This document shows positions 1 to 14,089 of a stretch of 64,000 nucleotides of DNA, piece by piece. This DNA comes from Stegostoma tigrinum (Eukaryota), in assembly GCF_030684315.1 (NCBI RefSeq), contig NC_081396.1, forward strand, positions 9,415,628 through 9,479,627. Reading direction: 5' to 3'. A program made the position numbers and the translations under genes. The notes beneath the pieces were generated by a model. The model saw only the letters and a list, made by a program, of their open reading frames with translations. It searched no databases and was not told the DNA's origin. Each line of letters opens with the position of its first letter. The stretch's first letter is position 1.

Positions 1-845
1 GATGACAAGGTGCAGAGATGGATGAACACAACAGGCCAAGTGACTTTTTTGGAGTAGGAAATCTGACGTTTTGGACCTAGGCCCTTCAGCACTGTTTCTC
101 TCTTCTGAATTCCAGGATACTATATTACATCTCTAACATTCTTAAATCTACTTACTTTTGGTACGTGACTGCGATGAATCGTTTCTCTGCATTGTGAACA
201 TTGCTTTTTGCCCGGCTGCAAATACGCAATTACTGATGTGTTCTGTACTAAAACCAACAAATCCAAATAGTGCCTGGCAGCATCCGTGCGGAAAAAACAA
301 CAAATCACAGTTAACGTTTTGGGTCCGGTTCTGAGGAATGGTCAGTGGAAGTTAGCTCTGATTTTTCTTCACAGATGCTGCCAGACCTGTTGAGCTTTTC
401 CAGCAAATTCTGTTTATGTTCCTGATTTGCAGCATCGTCAGTGCTTTCGGTTTTAAATCCAAATCAGGAAACGGTATCGGTAAATTGTTAAAGCAGAGCA
501 TATTCCCGATCATTCTGATACACTGTTTGTCCATCAGGAACACGATAACTCCGCATGTCTTGTTTTGAGCAGGATTCTCAACCTCTTACACCACATTCTA
601 ATATTTATGCTGATCTAGCCCCAACTTTTCTTACACAATAGTATTACACATTTTATTTGTTCCGCCTCTCAATACATAACAGTAACGTTTAGCAGTCCTC
701 CCTGATAAATTAACTTTCTGATTCACAAATTTCTCTGACTGTCTGAAGCGTGGTGTTGCCCCCTGTATTTAGCAGATTTAAACGTCTCTGCAAACTGTTC
801 CAGAAAACCACCTGGAACTATGTTAGTACTTTGCACCAGGCATAA

Positions 846-1041
846 GAGATAACAAGGTGTAGAGCTGGATAAACACAGAAGGTCAAGCAGCGTCAGAGGA
901 GCAGGAAAGCTGATATCTTGGGCTTAGATACTTCTTCAAACATCAGCTTTCCTGCTCCTGTGATGCTGCTTGGTCTGCTGTGTTCATCCAGTTCTACACC
1001 TTGTTATCTCGGAATCTCTAGCATCTGAAGTTCCTACTATC
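846..1041. mobile_element. Palindromic short repeat derived from a Penelope-like element end
   Basis: Inverted arms (agagataacaaggtgtagagctggat...atccagttctacaccttgttatctc). The sequence matches the end of the Penelope fragment at ~18520-18650. Imperfect flanking repeat ctttgcac(a)ccag. Confidence 0.7.
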
Positions 1042-1077
1042 TTTGCACACCAGACATGCTCATCTACCATTCCAAGT

Positions 1078-1378
1078 ATTTTCACAAAGTCAAAAACTTT
1101 GCACTCAACATTTAGAAGCTGGAGGCAGTTTATTCCTGCGCGGTTTAAGATCACACACAAAGGGTACTACTCCCACATGGTACAAAATTGTAAACAAATG
1201 CCATTACCTTCTATATACAGAATCAACGAAAACAATTTGAACAAATTTTACATATTTGACATTCTTCTGCAATAACATCCCAAAAGATTTCTCCTGTAAA
1301 GTCATTGACATGCAGCAGACAAGCAGCACCCTGCAAATCCAACTCCAGACCATGAGTGACACTATTCTTTCGGTTTGT
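1078..1378 (+). pseudogene. Possible highly decayed Ig/TCR V-type domain relic
   Basis: One frame with one stop (TGA 1238-1240) reads GGSLFLR(G at the Cys23 position)...TWYK...IPKDFS...SSTLQIQLQTMSDTILSVC. The L-x-I-x6-D-x5-C spacing matches V-set E/F strands. No RSS seen. Confidence 0.35.
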
Positions 1379-2174
1379 GTGAACCAACTGCTCAGAAGGA
1401 CAGGAGCAAATTTCTGCAGATGCTGAAGTCTGTATTGAAAACAAAAATGCTGGCGATAATAGGGGCTAGGTAGCATCCGTGGAGAGAAAGCAAGCCAACT
1501 TTTGAATATAGATGATTCTTCATCAAAGCTGAAGAGGTCAAAAGGGTCAAAAACTGTTTCGGTTCTCGAGAAAAATGCTCCAGAAGTACGATCTGGTTTG
1601 ATGTGTATCCGCATATAATGATCAAAACCTTTTATTTTGAAGAAGAAATCTTATTGTAAACACAGTTTTAATGAGTCAACTTATCCGTCCTGAAGAAGGG
1701 TAATACCCAAAAAAGTTAACTGCTCCTTTTCTCCAGATGCTGCCTGGCCTGCTGTGTTCTTCAAGCCTCCCGTTTATCTAACTTTACTGTAGGCCTCGGA
1801 CTTGAATTCTACACGGATTTCCCTTACCATTAAACACAACGCCTATGAGTCAGCATTTTAAAGGACATCTTGACCTTTCCTTTTGTGTGGATTGTCATTC
1901 AGTGTAGATGAGAAACTGTTAGCACTTCTTTTACCTTGATTACTGATGACAAGATCTCAAGTTGACAAAGTTCCTAACACTGTAGTCACAACCAATAATC
2001 CTATAAGTTATATCTGGTAAACCTCATACAAGTTGAAGATTAACCACAACATTCAAAATAGATACATTCCATTTAGGAAGATGGACTAAGAGCCGGCTTC
2101 CTATGAAGGATCAGCGATGTTTTAAATGATAATAGTTTGTCATTGTCTTGCAAGGCAGACTGGTCAGAAAGCAG

Positions 2175-2360
2175 GGATAACAAAGTGTGGAGCTGGATGA
2201 ACACAGCAGGCCAAGCAGCATCTTAGGAGCACAAAAGCTGAAGCTTTGGGCCTAGAATGTTAGTTTTTGTGTTCCTAAGATGCTGCTTGGCCTGTTGTGT
2301 TCATCCAGCTCCACACTTTGTTATCTCGGATTCTTCAGCATCTGCAGTTCCCACTATCTC
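2175..2360. mobile_element. Palindromic Penelope-derived short repeat with target-site duplication
   Basis: Inverted arms. Flanked by tggtcagaaagcag (2161-2174) and tggtcagaaaacag (2361-2374). Absent from the paralogous site near 25741. Confidence 0.85.
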
Positions 2361-3039
2361 TGGTCAGAAAACAGATACTTATGAGTTTTTAGTGCAACTT
2401 GCTTTCCAGGTCAGTAAGAAGCGTTACATCAACATACTGTTTTAGCCTTCGATTGTACCATAATCAGCATTAACTTCTGGAATGGATATGAAAATGCTAG
2501 GTTAATTTTGCAATATTATTCCCTTTTCCCAGATGCGGAGTCTGAGGCGCATGATCCAATTCTATAACTCTAATTGGACTTTTTTTTTGTGTATGGTATT
2601 ATAAACAAGCGAATCAGGGGAGTAGTTCTCCCCTTTTATTGTTACTGATTAATTATTCTATTCACTCTGCGGCAACACTTCAATTGAATTTGTACAGGAT
2701 GTTAATGCGAAAGATACAATCGGATTTCAAATAGATATTAGTATTTATTATTCCCGTCAGATTCATGACATGTAAGTATTTATATAAATAGCTAATTGAA
2801 TTAAATTGATAGTTAATTGATAGCCACTGGCCGTTCAGATTTTCGCCTTCTTCAGTCCTCCTGCTGGAATAATCATATTTGTAATGCTACTTTTCAATGA
2901 GTAAAGAGCGTTGTATCCAATTCGATGTTGCTTCGTTAATTTAAAGAGAACAGCAAGTGTGAAGATGTAGGGAGGAAATTCGTAGATCAAGTTAGCAGAA
3001 TCTTTTCTAAAATGAACAGATGAAGCAACATGGGCAAAA

Positions 3040-3480
3040 GTGAAGGCAATCAGGATTGTTTTCGTTGAAGTTCAGACTAATGAGAAGGAGTTTGACTGAG
3101 GCTTATAAAATTCCAACAAGGCTGGACAGGGTAGATGCAGGGAGGATGTTCCCAATGGTGGGTATACCCAGAACCATGGATCACAGTCTGAGGATTCAGA
3201 GCAGACGATTCAGAATGAAGATGTGGAGCTTTTCTTCACCCAGAGAGTGGTGAGCCTGTGGAATTCATTACCACAGGAAGTAGTTGATGCCTGAGCATTG
3301 AATGTATTTAAGAGGTGACTAGGTATAGCATGTGGGGCGAAAGGGATCAGAGGTTATGGGGAGAAAGCAGGATTAGGCGATTGAGTTGGACGAGCAGTGA
3401 TGATGGTGAAGGATGGTGGCACAGGCTGGAAGGGATGAATAGCCTACTCCTGATTCGATCCTCTCTGTTTTCAGGTTGCT
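3040..3480 (+). mobile_element. Old CR1 LINE 3' fragment
   Basis: Decayed LFSL..R.R..L.E.YKI...LDRVDAGRMFP...FFTQRVV..WN motif. Paralogous copy at ~26440-26880. Confidence 0.8.
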
Positions 3481-5174
3481 AAAGAGAAACGAAGAAGCCA
3501 AAAAGCATAAATTTGCAATAAACAGAATAGCGTGATACAAAACGCAATCAAAATAACAAATAAAGCGTGTGTTTTTATATCAAGGGGGCGGACATACATC
3601 CAAAGAAGTGCAGATTAGGTGGACTGGGCATGTTAAAATGTCCGCAGCATTAAAATGTGCAAGCGAGGTGGATCAGACATTGGAAGTGCGGGATTGTGGG
3701 AAGAGGGAGAGTCTGAATTAGATGCTCTTCACAGTGTCGTTGCAGACTCAGTGGGCCGATTAGCCTCTTTCTGCATTGTCGGAATTCTATGAATCTATGA
3801 AGTAGTGGACGTCAAACCTTACTTGTGTGGAGCCCTTTGATCAATATTTTTACTACCTTCTTGAATTCTGTACACCACACTCCAGCAATCCATTTGTTTT
3901 TTGCACGACACAAATCATCAAAACAATAATGGGAGTAGAATGTTAATTTATGGGCAGAAAGGTACGCAAAGGATGATGAATTGTAGCTCTCTCACGACTA
4001 AAGTGCCTTTGATTCAGGAATAACTGGGATGTTATGTACAGTGGTTTAGGATGTGCAGAACAGAAACAGGAAAATCATCTAAAAAGAGAGATTGTAGAGC
4101 TGATTATGTTAAACAAGACCTTCCACGAAAATTTCTTCAGCAATCTGACATTTACCCTAACTCTTCTGGCTTCCCGCATAATTTGAAACATCTTCCCTGT
4201 ATTGATTTTACAAAACTGGTCTGTAATCTGAAGACATTCCATTGTAAACTCTCAGCCTTCTCCAGAAGAGAGACATATGCAGTTCCACATTTCAGTTCGG
4301 TTTAAACTCAAGTCATTTGAGATATCTGAAGCAGGCTCCCGACACAAAAACTTCAGCTTTCCAGCTCCACTGGGCTGTTGTGTTCCTGCAACTCCACACT
4401 GTGTTATCTCTGACTCTAGCATTGGCAGTTCTTACTATCTCTGAGTTAAAACAGCAGTGTCTTTATTGAAAGCCAAACTGTTTATATAGCTGCAACGTTT
4501 TACATTCTCGCTTCAGTACAAGAGCTCTGTTTTTCAGTAACTTTCCAATAGATATACCCAGAGTTCTTTGTTTGGCTGACGAATGATCTCGATCAGCTGC
4601 ATCGTCAATTTCCACAAAACCATCCGTTAAGATTCCTTAGCTCTTTGCCCTCTTCGGATAAATATTTTTCAAGGAGCATGAGATCGCCATGCTCTTGAAA
4701 AAGAACTTACATCAGTTCGTACCGATAAATATTGAAAATAACTTGAAATTTTTTTTTAAAGTTCGGAATTAAGAGCCTAATGATAGCCATGAATCCATTA
4801 TCGCTTATTGGAAATCCCATCTGGTTCACGAACTGGCAACTGGCATCATTACCTGGTCTGGAACATATACTACTCCAAACTCATAGCAATGTAGTTGACT
4901 CTTAAGTGCCCTCTGGTTAAAACATGTTGGCCTAATCAGCCATAACATCACTTGTGAATATTGTTTTTTAAATTGCCAATTGTTGGCCCCTTTTATAAGA
5001 TTATTAATCTCTGCATTTTGGCAAAGTTGTATCTTAGCTGAGGAAAGATACATCTCGGGATTTTGCAGAGTAGGTGCGGGCTGCAATTCAACTGTGAATG
5101 AATTAAATTTGGAGCAGGTCTGAGAAGATGGAAGTTACAAACACGCTCCTGTATTTCTGGGATATAAATGGAAA

Positions 5175-5500
5175 ATGACGTGAGTTTCGTTTTGGCTTTA
5201 TCCACGGGTCACATTGGATATTACTGGTGAAGAGATAGTTTTGTAATCGTTCCCATCCCAGGCTCCGAGTGAACGGAAGACCGTATCAATACACTGTCAT
5301 GCAACCATCTCATTCTCTGCGGTATACTCGTTCGTGCAAACTCTGAATCACAGCCTAAAAATGTTGGTCTTGGTGACGGGAAGTGAAATGGTGAATAATG
5401 GCAGACTTAGAGCTGTCAGTCGAAGTGAAGAGAAAAGCAGCTCTCTGATAATATCGACCTTACATCTAATAGACACCGAAACATACTTTTGTGCCTTACT
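5175..5500 (+). pseudogene. TCR alpha/delta-like V gene segment pseudogene (V1) with in-frame fused leader
   Basis: Single frame from ATG 5175: MT*VSFWLYPRVTLDITG-EEIVL*SFPSQAPSERKTVSIHC...VYSF...GRLRAVSRSEEKSSSLIISTLHLIDTETYFCAL. Cys23 and Cys104 are present and Trp41 is changed to Ser. Stops at 5181 and 5244. Directly followed by an RSS heptamer. Confidence 0.85.
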
Positions 5501-5539
5501 CACAGTGTGGAAAGGAGCGACAGAGTCTGCATTAAAAAA
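5501..5539 (+). promoter_or_regulatory. 23-RSS with degenerate nonamer
   Basis: CACAGTG 5501-5507, 23-nt spacer, then ATTAAAAAA at the nonamer position (the paralogue has ACAAAAACT). Confidence 0.8.
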
Positions 5540-7372
5540 ACCTCATCTGCTGTGAGTATTCTGTATTTGGAGTAATGCAATGTGAATGTTCCTGGGAAAT
5601 TATGCCCTGACAATGGAACCACTTTAGTGCATTTGGACAAGTAAAATGGTTCATTTTATGTGAGTTTATATTGACTTGCACGTCAATACTTTTGGTTCAG
5701 TCAGTTGACCATACAGTTATTGAGATTTTTAATTAGAACATAGAGCAGCACAGCACAGGAACGGACCCACCGGCCCACGATGTTGTGCCAAACATGACGC
5801 CAAATTAAACTAAACCCTTCTGCCTGCCCTTGGTCCATACCCCTCTGTACCTTGCATTTCCATGTGCTTATGTAAAAATACATGAAACGTACTGTCGTAT
5901 CTGCCGCAGCACCACCCCTGGCAGTGCTTTCCAGACTCCTACCAGTCCCTGTATTAAAAAAAACACAAAACTTGTCTCTCACATCTCCTTTGAACTTTCC
6001 CCCTTCATCTTAAATGCTTGCTCCTTGTATTAGAATAATAATGGGCACCATGCAATGTAATGAAAGATAACAAGGTGGAGAGCTGCATGAACACAGCAGG
6101 CCAAGCAGCTTCAGACGAGCAGGAAAGCTAACTTTTTGGGCCTAGACCTTTCTTCAGAAATGCAAGTTTGGATAGGGCACATGCAGAGCAACTGGTTCTT
6201 CAACATGGCAATGCAAAACAATGGGTAATACAATAAGGCCATTCAGACATTATCTCACTTTGGGAGGAAGAACTATGAACATCTTGAATTATTCTGCCAG
6301 CAAAGGCCATCGTGGTATGATATAACTCCACTTGTCAATGTCAATATCAGTAGACACTTTTTATTTGTAACTTTGCAGGGTATTACTAAACAGAATAATG
6401 GTTAGAATGTGAAGCATATGTACGACGATCAAGTCCATCAACTCATTTTGAAATTTCAAATCACCAGACATTTACAGGTTGTTTGGAAAGAGTTACAACC
6501 TGCTATTGCTCACAACTGAATGAAAAATCGTCCCCATTTTATTCTGTAACGTGTGATTTGGTTGTGACATGAAGAGTAGCAGCACTGCATGAGGGAGTTC
6601 TTATGAAGGACAAGATGTGAAGTCATGCTATCAACTGCTGTTTAGTTGAGGTTCTGATGGAAATGTTTGGAAAAAACATTGCCAAAAGGTCTTCCCATTC
6701 TCTAAAACAGCCATGACTCTTTGGAATCTTCCTGAATAAGATGGCTAAAGCTGTGTTCTTGAATATGTTAAGGAAAGAGAGAGACATATTCGTGATACCA
6801 AGGTGTTGAGTTTTCTCAGGATTGAAGAGAATGTGAATAACCAGACCATCAATTCATGATTAAATTTTGGAGAAGGCTCGACCAGCCGGGTGGCGAGCTT
6901 CTGCTTGAATTGGAATGTCTGTCTGCATAAATGACAGTAGCTGCATTGAACTGAACAAAAAATCCTCTTGAATGTAATCCTACTAAATCGAAACCTGTCA
7001 ACTCAAAACATAAGTAATTCGGACCGGACATGTACACAGGCATTTAGTAGCTCTGTGATAGATTGATCATCGCGGAATGTGCTTGCTCTGAACTGATTAA
7101 GACCACACTGAATGTAACTGACCTGAACTGTGTGTTAAAAACTTAATGGACATTGCCGAAGACCAGGTAGAATCAGAGAGGAGCAAGAAAACTGACGTTT
7201 CTAGAAGGTGTCCCGGCCCAAAAAGTCAGCTTTCCTGCTCCTCTGATGCCGCCTGGCCTGCTGTGTTCCTCCAGCTCCATACTGTGTTACCCCCAGTACC
7301 TCCCATCATTCCCACACATTGGTTGGAGGAACAGAGATAACATAGTGTGCAGCTGGAGGAACGCAGCAGGGG

Positions 7373-7507
7373 CAGGCAGCATCAGAGGAGCAGGAAATTT
7401 GAAGTCTTCAGAAATTCAGAAATAAAGGGTCCCAACCCGAAACTCCAACTTCCTTTATTTCTGAATTTCTGAAGACTTCAAATTTCCTGCTCCTCTGATG
7501 CTGCCTG
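7373..7507. repeat. Perfect 56-bp inverted repeat (23-nt loop) inside a Penelope-derived repeat
   Basis: 7373-7428 is the exact reverse complement of 7452-7507. Confidence 0.9.
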
Positions 7508-8844
7508 TTCCTTGCTGCCTTCCACCAGATCCACATCGTGCTATCACTGATTCCAGCATCGGCAGTTCGTGTTGTCTCTGGACATTACTGAACTTGCCTT
7601 TTCCACTGTCGGTGTAACTGTAGTGATTGCCAAAATTAACAGCAGCATCAGATTTATGGAACGAATCTACCCACACTGAAAGTAACCAATGTTGGTCTCA
7701 ATCTCGAATGATGCATGAAAGTGCTGTGAACTGGACCTGGATTTGGCCATACAGTACATACTACGAATAAACACGACCGGACTATATATTTAGACCTGCT
7801 GAAAACTAGAGGGGTCAAGTGTATCGAAAAGTATGGGACTAATCTCATCTTGGAATAAGCACACCTAATATTTCTATACAGAGCTCTGCCAGTTTTTCTT
7901 TTTTTTCTGCATGTACAGATGTTAAACACAACATTTTGACACCGAACAGAAATGTTCTGAGCTGGACCTTTTCACGCTCTGTGCTTGAGCAATCCTTTAC
8001 AGGAACCGCTCGCATTGACCTGAGGGTGTCCCTGGTCTCAGAATGGCAGCGACCTGACTCAGGTTGGGAAGAAATGGACTCGGGCACAACAAAGATGACA
8101 AAGCTTCACTGCAATGTTCACGCGGAATATAATTAATCAGACTGCACCATGTGAAACAGGTTCAAATCCTCTCGCATATGAACAATGATCACCCATGAAG
8201 CGGAGGAGCAGTGTTGGACTGGGGGTGGACAAGGTCAGAAGTCACATGACACCAGGTTGTAGTCCAACAGGTTTATTCGAAAGCACAAGCTTTCATCAGC
8301 GCTGGTCCTTTGTTGTATCATCACACTCCACTGGATGAAGGAGCAGCGCTTAGAAAGCTTGTGTTTTGAAATAAACTTGTTGGACTATAACCTGGCGTCG
8401 TGTGACGTCTTGACCCTGAACGAATATCGATATGGAGTGACAGGTTGACTGCATTTTCTGTGGGGAGGAAAGAATCAGAGAAAAAACTTTGGTCTGAAAT
8501 AATACCCATAGTTCTTTTTTTTAAATAGAGAAATATGACTGGGATCATTCTTCAGTCTGTGTGTATTTCCAACCAGAGCCAGGTGAAACGCGTGATTTTT
8601 GACAAAATAAAAACATCTTCTGAGAAACAGCTGCAATACTGTTTGCTGCAATCAAATTAATGTAAAATAATGAACAAAGTAATTATCTCACTGGAGCATG
8701 GAATCACATCCAAATATTATCTTCTTTCAGTGAAATGCAGAGCCAAACAGAGCTTCCAGTAGAGATGCATGCAATACTGACAGCTCCAGTGTTTAATGTT
8801 TAATATCCTGTCCTTGCAGCGTTCGGAGTTCCTGGTAAAGCATT

Positions 8845-11147
8845 AGACAATAGACAATAGTCAGTAGATGCTGGAGTAGGCCATTCGGCCCTTCGACCCA
8901 GCACCACGATTCATCATGATCATGGCTGAACATCCACAATCAGTACCCTGTTCCTGTCTTACCCCATATCCCTTGATTCCACTATCTTTAAGAGCTCTAT
9001 CCACCTCTTTCTTGAAAGTATCCAGAGAGTCGGTCTCCACTGGCTTCTGGGGCAGAGCATTCAATATAACCACCACTCTCTGGGTGAAGAAGTTTCTCTT
9101 CAACTCTGTTCTAAATGGCCTATCCCTTATTTATAGACTGTGTCCTCTGGTTCTGGACTCACCCATCAGTGGAAACATGCTTCCTGCCTCCAGCGTGTCC
9201 AATCCCTTAATAATCTTATACGTTTCAATCAGATCCCCTCTCACCCTTCTAAACTCAAGTATCGGCTATACAAGCCCATACACTCCAATCGTTTAACATA
9301 TGATAGTCCTGCCCTTCTGGGAACTGACCTCGCGAACCAACACTGCACCCCCCCCCCCAACCAATAGCAAGAATGTCCTTCCTCAAATGTGGACGTCAAA
9401 ACATCACACAATACTCCAGGGGCGGTCTCTCCAGGGCCCTGTACAGCCGCAGAAGGACCTCTTTACTCCTATACTCAATTCCTCTTGTTGTGAAGGCCAA
9501 CATGCCATTAGCTTTCTTCACTGTCTACTGTACCTGCATGCTTGCTTTCATTGACTGATGTGCAAGAACACCTAGATCTCGTTGTACTCCCACTTTACCT
9601 AACTTGACTCCATTTAGATAGTAATCTGCCTTCCTGTTCTTGCCACCAAAGTGGATAACCACACATTTATCCACATTAAACTGCATCTGCCATGCATCCG
9701 TCCACTCACCGAGCCTGTCCAAGTCACCCTGTATTCTCATAACATCCTCCTCACATTTCACACTGCCACCCAACTTTGTGTCATCAGAAAATTTGCTAAT
9801 AGTACATTAAATGTCTCTGCCTATATCATTAATGTATATTGTAAACAGCTGTGGTCCCAGCACCAAAGCTTGTGGTACCCCACTGGTCACCACTTGCCAC
9901 TGCGAAAGGGACCCGTTTATCACTGCTCTTTCCTTCCTGTCAGCCAGCCAATTTTCATTCCAAGTCAGTATTTGGTCCCCAATACCATGTGCCCTAATTT
10001 TGCTCACTAATCTCCTATGTTGGACTTTGTCAAAGACTTTCTGAATGTCCACGTATACTACATCCACTGGTTCTCCCTTGTCCATCCTCATAGACACATC
10101 CTCAAAAAATTCCAGATTAGTCAAGCATGATTCCCCCTTCGCAAACCCATACTGACTCTGATCTATCCTGTTACTGCTGTAATGAGCTGTAATTTCATCT
10201 TTCATAATTGACTCCAGCACCTTTCCCACCACTGAGGTCAGGCTAACTGATCTGTAATTTCCTGTTTTCTCTCTCCCTCCTTTCTTGAGAAGTGGAACAA
10301 CATTAGCCACCTTCCAATGCACAGGAACGGATCCTGAATCTATAGAACATTGGAAAATGATTACCAATGCTTTCACGATTTCTAGAGCCACCTCCTTAAG
10401 TACCCTGGGATGCAGACAATCAGGTCCCGGGGGCTTAGCAGCCTTCAGACCTAACAGTCTGTCCAACACCATTTCCTGCCTAATATAAATTCCGTTCAGT
10501 TCGTCCATTACTCTCGGTCCTTCAGCCCCTGTTACATCTGGGAGGTTGCTTGTGTTTTCCCTCGTGAAGACAGATCCAAAGTACCTATTCAACTCTTCTG
10601 CGATTTCCTTGTTCCCCATAATAAATTCACCTGTTTCTGACTTCAAGGGCCCAATTTTAGTCTTAAACTTTTTTTTCTTTTCACATACCTAAAAAAGCTT
10701 TTACTACCCTCCTTTATATTTTTGGCAAGTTTTTCTTCGTACCTCATTTTTTTTTCTCTGCGTATTGCCTTTTTAATTATCTTCTGTTGCTTTTTTAAAG
10801 CTTTCCAGTCCTCTGGTTTCACGCTCATCTTTGCTACGTTATACTTTTCTCTTTTATCTTTATACAGTCCTTAACTTCCCTCGTCAGCCACGGCCACCTA
10901 TGCGTCCCCATAGGATCTTTCTTCCTCTTTGGAATGAACTGATCCTGCACCTTCTGTATTATATCCAGAAATACCTGCCATTGTTGTTCCACTGCCATCC
11001 CTGCGAGGGTATTGTACCATTGAACTTTGGCCTGCTCCTCCCTCATAGCTCCATAGTTCCCTTTGTTCAACTGCAATACTGACACTTCTGATTCTCCCAC
11101 CTCCGTCTCAAACTGCAGATTAAAACTTAGCATATTATGGTCACTAC
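8845..11147 (-). mobile_element. CR1 LINE, 5'-truncated, frameshifted ORF2
   Basis: RT motifs (PGPDCLHPRVLKE, GVPQ..VLGPQLF, FFTQRVV) and a (ctattgt)n-type tail at ~8845-8860. Absent from the paralogous intron at ~32795. Short catt repeat at both junctions. Confidence 0.95.
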
Positions 11148-11459
11148 CATTGTAATTAGTTTGTAGCTGCATGAAGAAGGGGTCAGACAAATTAATTCTG
11201 TCAATTTACCAGGAGGGTGCTGCTATAGCAAATATCCTTCCTCCCGTTTACTGGATTTGTAGTTCAAATATCAGCTGTCTGAGAGGCTTTGTGGAACTAA
11301 TACTATTTCTCCTCTTACAGGGTAGTTTTATTTTCAACGTTTTCGGTCGGAATTATTATTTTGTGATTTCTTCAGTTTTTTTGACAGAGGTTAGTGGTAT
11401 CAGTGCTCTGTCTCCTCCCAGCTATAAAAAAAAGCCTTACAGTTCATTCGTGGCTGAGC

Positions 11460-12760
11460 AAGCATTTTATGTCCAACATTAGTTGCCCTTGAAAAGGTGG
11501 TTTCGAACTGGCTTCTTGAGCCACTGCAACGTACTCGCTCTCAGTAGATCCACAATGATGTGTGAAAGGGAGTTCCGGGGTTTTGACAGAGTAGCAATGA
11601 AGGAAAGTTGATACAATGGTCTGCAGAAGAACTGGGTGGTGGGTACCCTTATCCTCCTTCCTGGTATTTGCCCTGAGTTTGGAAGGAGCTGTCTGAGGAA
11701 CCTCGGTAAATTCCTGCAGTGCATCTTGTAGATGTTACATACTGCTGAAGCTGCACTTTGGTTGGAGACACACCGAACGTTTGTGGATCTAGCACCGATC
11801 ACGGAATCTGAATTATTTGTGGATTATGCCGAGCTGCACGAATGTTTTTTGGATCTACAAATTTCCGGGCTAATAGTCAGTCCTCCATAACACCCCTGAA
11901 CTTGCACATGTAAGTGTTGAATAGGTTTTTGGACTGTCAGGAGGTTGGTAATTCATTTAATGATTCCATAGCTCTTTCGTGCCATTCTAGCTACTGCATT
12001 ACTTTGCTCGTCTAGGCCACTCATTTTCAATGCAGAGTCCTGGGATAGTTGATCTACCTGGAGTCTATCCCTTTTGGTAAAATGATAGCACTAACTTAGT
12101 GGAATGGATGGCATTTTGAATATAAGGACCAGACTTAATCGCTGTGCCATTGTCATTCCTGCCCACACTGTTATGGACAGATGCACATGCAACAGACAGG
12201 TTTATGAGGGGAGGTCAAATATGTTTCACCTCCTGCTAGTTCCCTCTTAACTTGCTGCAAACCCTGTTAAGGAGCTATGTCATTTAGGACTTGACCAGCT
12301 CGGATGCTTTCGATCCGCTCTTGGTGATGGATCCCAAAGTTCATCACCCAAAGTACATTCCGTTCTCTTGCCATGTTCAGTGCTCTGTCCATGTGGTGCT
12401 CAGCATGGAGAAGTACTGATCCTAAAACCAACAGGTGTAAGATGTTTTCTTCAGCAGTAAATTTCAATGCCCGGGTTCGACCTGATGCACTGAAATATCA
12501 AGCAGTCTCCGATTATTGTTGATGTCTCTCAGGGTCACACTCTCCTAATGTTTTTCTGCAATGCTACCACTTCTTCTGTATCCTGCCTTGCCAGCAGAGC
12601 AGTGCATAAATAGGGAAGGAGAATGGTGTAGTCTGACACATTATCTATAAGTTATGGTTCATTGATTACAACTATGACAAGCCACTGCTGAATTGTCCAT
12701 GAGACAGATCTCCAACATTAAGCATTATCAACTAAATTGGCTTAAAAAGGACCTTGCAGG
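11460..12760 (-). mobile_element. Old LINE relic (APE endonuclease region) in the GPCR intron
   Basis: The ORF at 12267-12467 resembles an APE domain (VLLHAEHHMDRAL...NVLWV.NF.IHHQE). Duplicated at ~33100-34420. Confidence 0.6.
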
Positions 12761-14089
12761 GCATATTTGATTCAGAGCCAATGATATTACATTCGATCTG
12801 GAGTCATGTGGAAGCCAGATAAGTTAGGGAACCAGAACATAAACAAACCAGACATCCGTGTTGTTCACTTTCATTTCTGACAGTTGTTCAGTCGTCTCAT
12901 TTGACTTTTAATTCAAGATCCTTATGAAATTCTTATTTGGCCATGTGCAATGGTGGGATCTGAACCAGTGTCTCCAGAATATTACCTGCAACTCTGGATT
13001 AATTTTCGACTGACAATGCCACAAATGCACCCCGACTTTGTAGCATTGCTTTTCGTGGACCTCAAATACTTGTCAACTTTATGGTATACAAGATTCATTA
13101 GCCAGTTCCATTTTATCAACTCATTGTACATTTTTTCCTAGTTACTGATATCGCCACAGAATATCAATGTATTTCTGATGCATTATTTGCATGATACTGT
13201 CGGTAAATCAATTTTTATTTATCACGCTGTTAAATTCATTCCAGATTTTAGTTTGGCAAAATCGATGGATGACTTTGAAGTCTTCATTACATTGTGTTGT
13301 TTGATTCAGGATCTGACACTTATTCCCTCGTGAATTGACACACCTCAATCTCAGTGCAAATCAAGGTCTATTGTCTTGTAGCCAGGATATGTGTGAATAA
13401 ATTATCACATTTCATTCATGATGTACATTTATTGCATTATCTATTTTGTTTCCGATTAAAGTATTCAATTGGAATCGGTATTGATTTGCAGGCCTCAATT
13501 ATTCACTAATTCCTGAGTACATTAATTACTGAACTTCGTGAAGTAGGTTCTTGGGCAGCCAAATATTGACAGGCATTTCCGGAATGAAACTGTGGTCATT
13601 TGTGCAATTGATCACGACTGTTCCAAACTCAAAGAGCATGGTGTTTCTCTCATCAGTGTATAGCATTCAGTTGCATTGTTCTGCCTGTCCGGTTTTGGGC
13701 TCACTGTTACTCGTTGTTCTATGTTCAAAAACACTGAATTAAGAAATTTCTTCTGTTCTAACCAGCTGGCAAAGGCTCAGACCATTCGAATGCTGAATAT
13801 GATTACCACATGGAGTGAAGATAATCCGCACCAGCAACTCTTTTTCATCTCTGTCAATATTTATTTCCACCAAAGGTAAACGCTTCTGATTTTCAATTAT
13901 CCACATACTGAGAAACGTGATCACTGATGCTTGGTGTGGAATATGACACATATGAAATGCTGCAATTTATGAGGCAGATTTTCCTAATCTGTCTCAATCA
14001 GTTGTAATATCTACAAGGCATACAAATTAGCTGTGGCAGGGCAAGGGGTGATTGACATCGAAGCTGCATGAAACACTGGTATGTTCCCA

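Noticed and set aside
11321-11389. AG...GT-bounded segment resembling a leader exon in the GPCR intron
   Set aside because: The A1 copy has no ATG, the A3 copy has a stop, and no downstream V exon exists.
13650-13950. Weak V-like wording (GLTVTRCS...IIHILR...WCGI*)
   Set aside because: There is no conserved Trp, it needs several frameshifts, and it has no RSS. Not distinguishable from chance.
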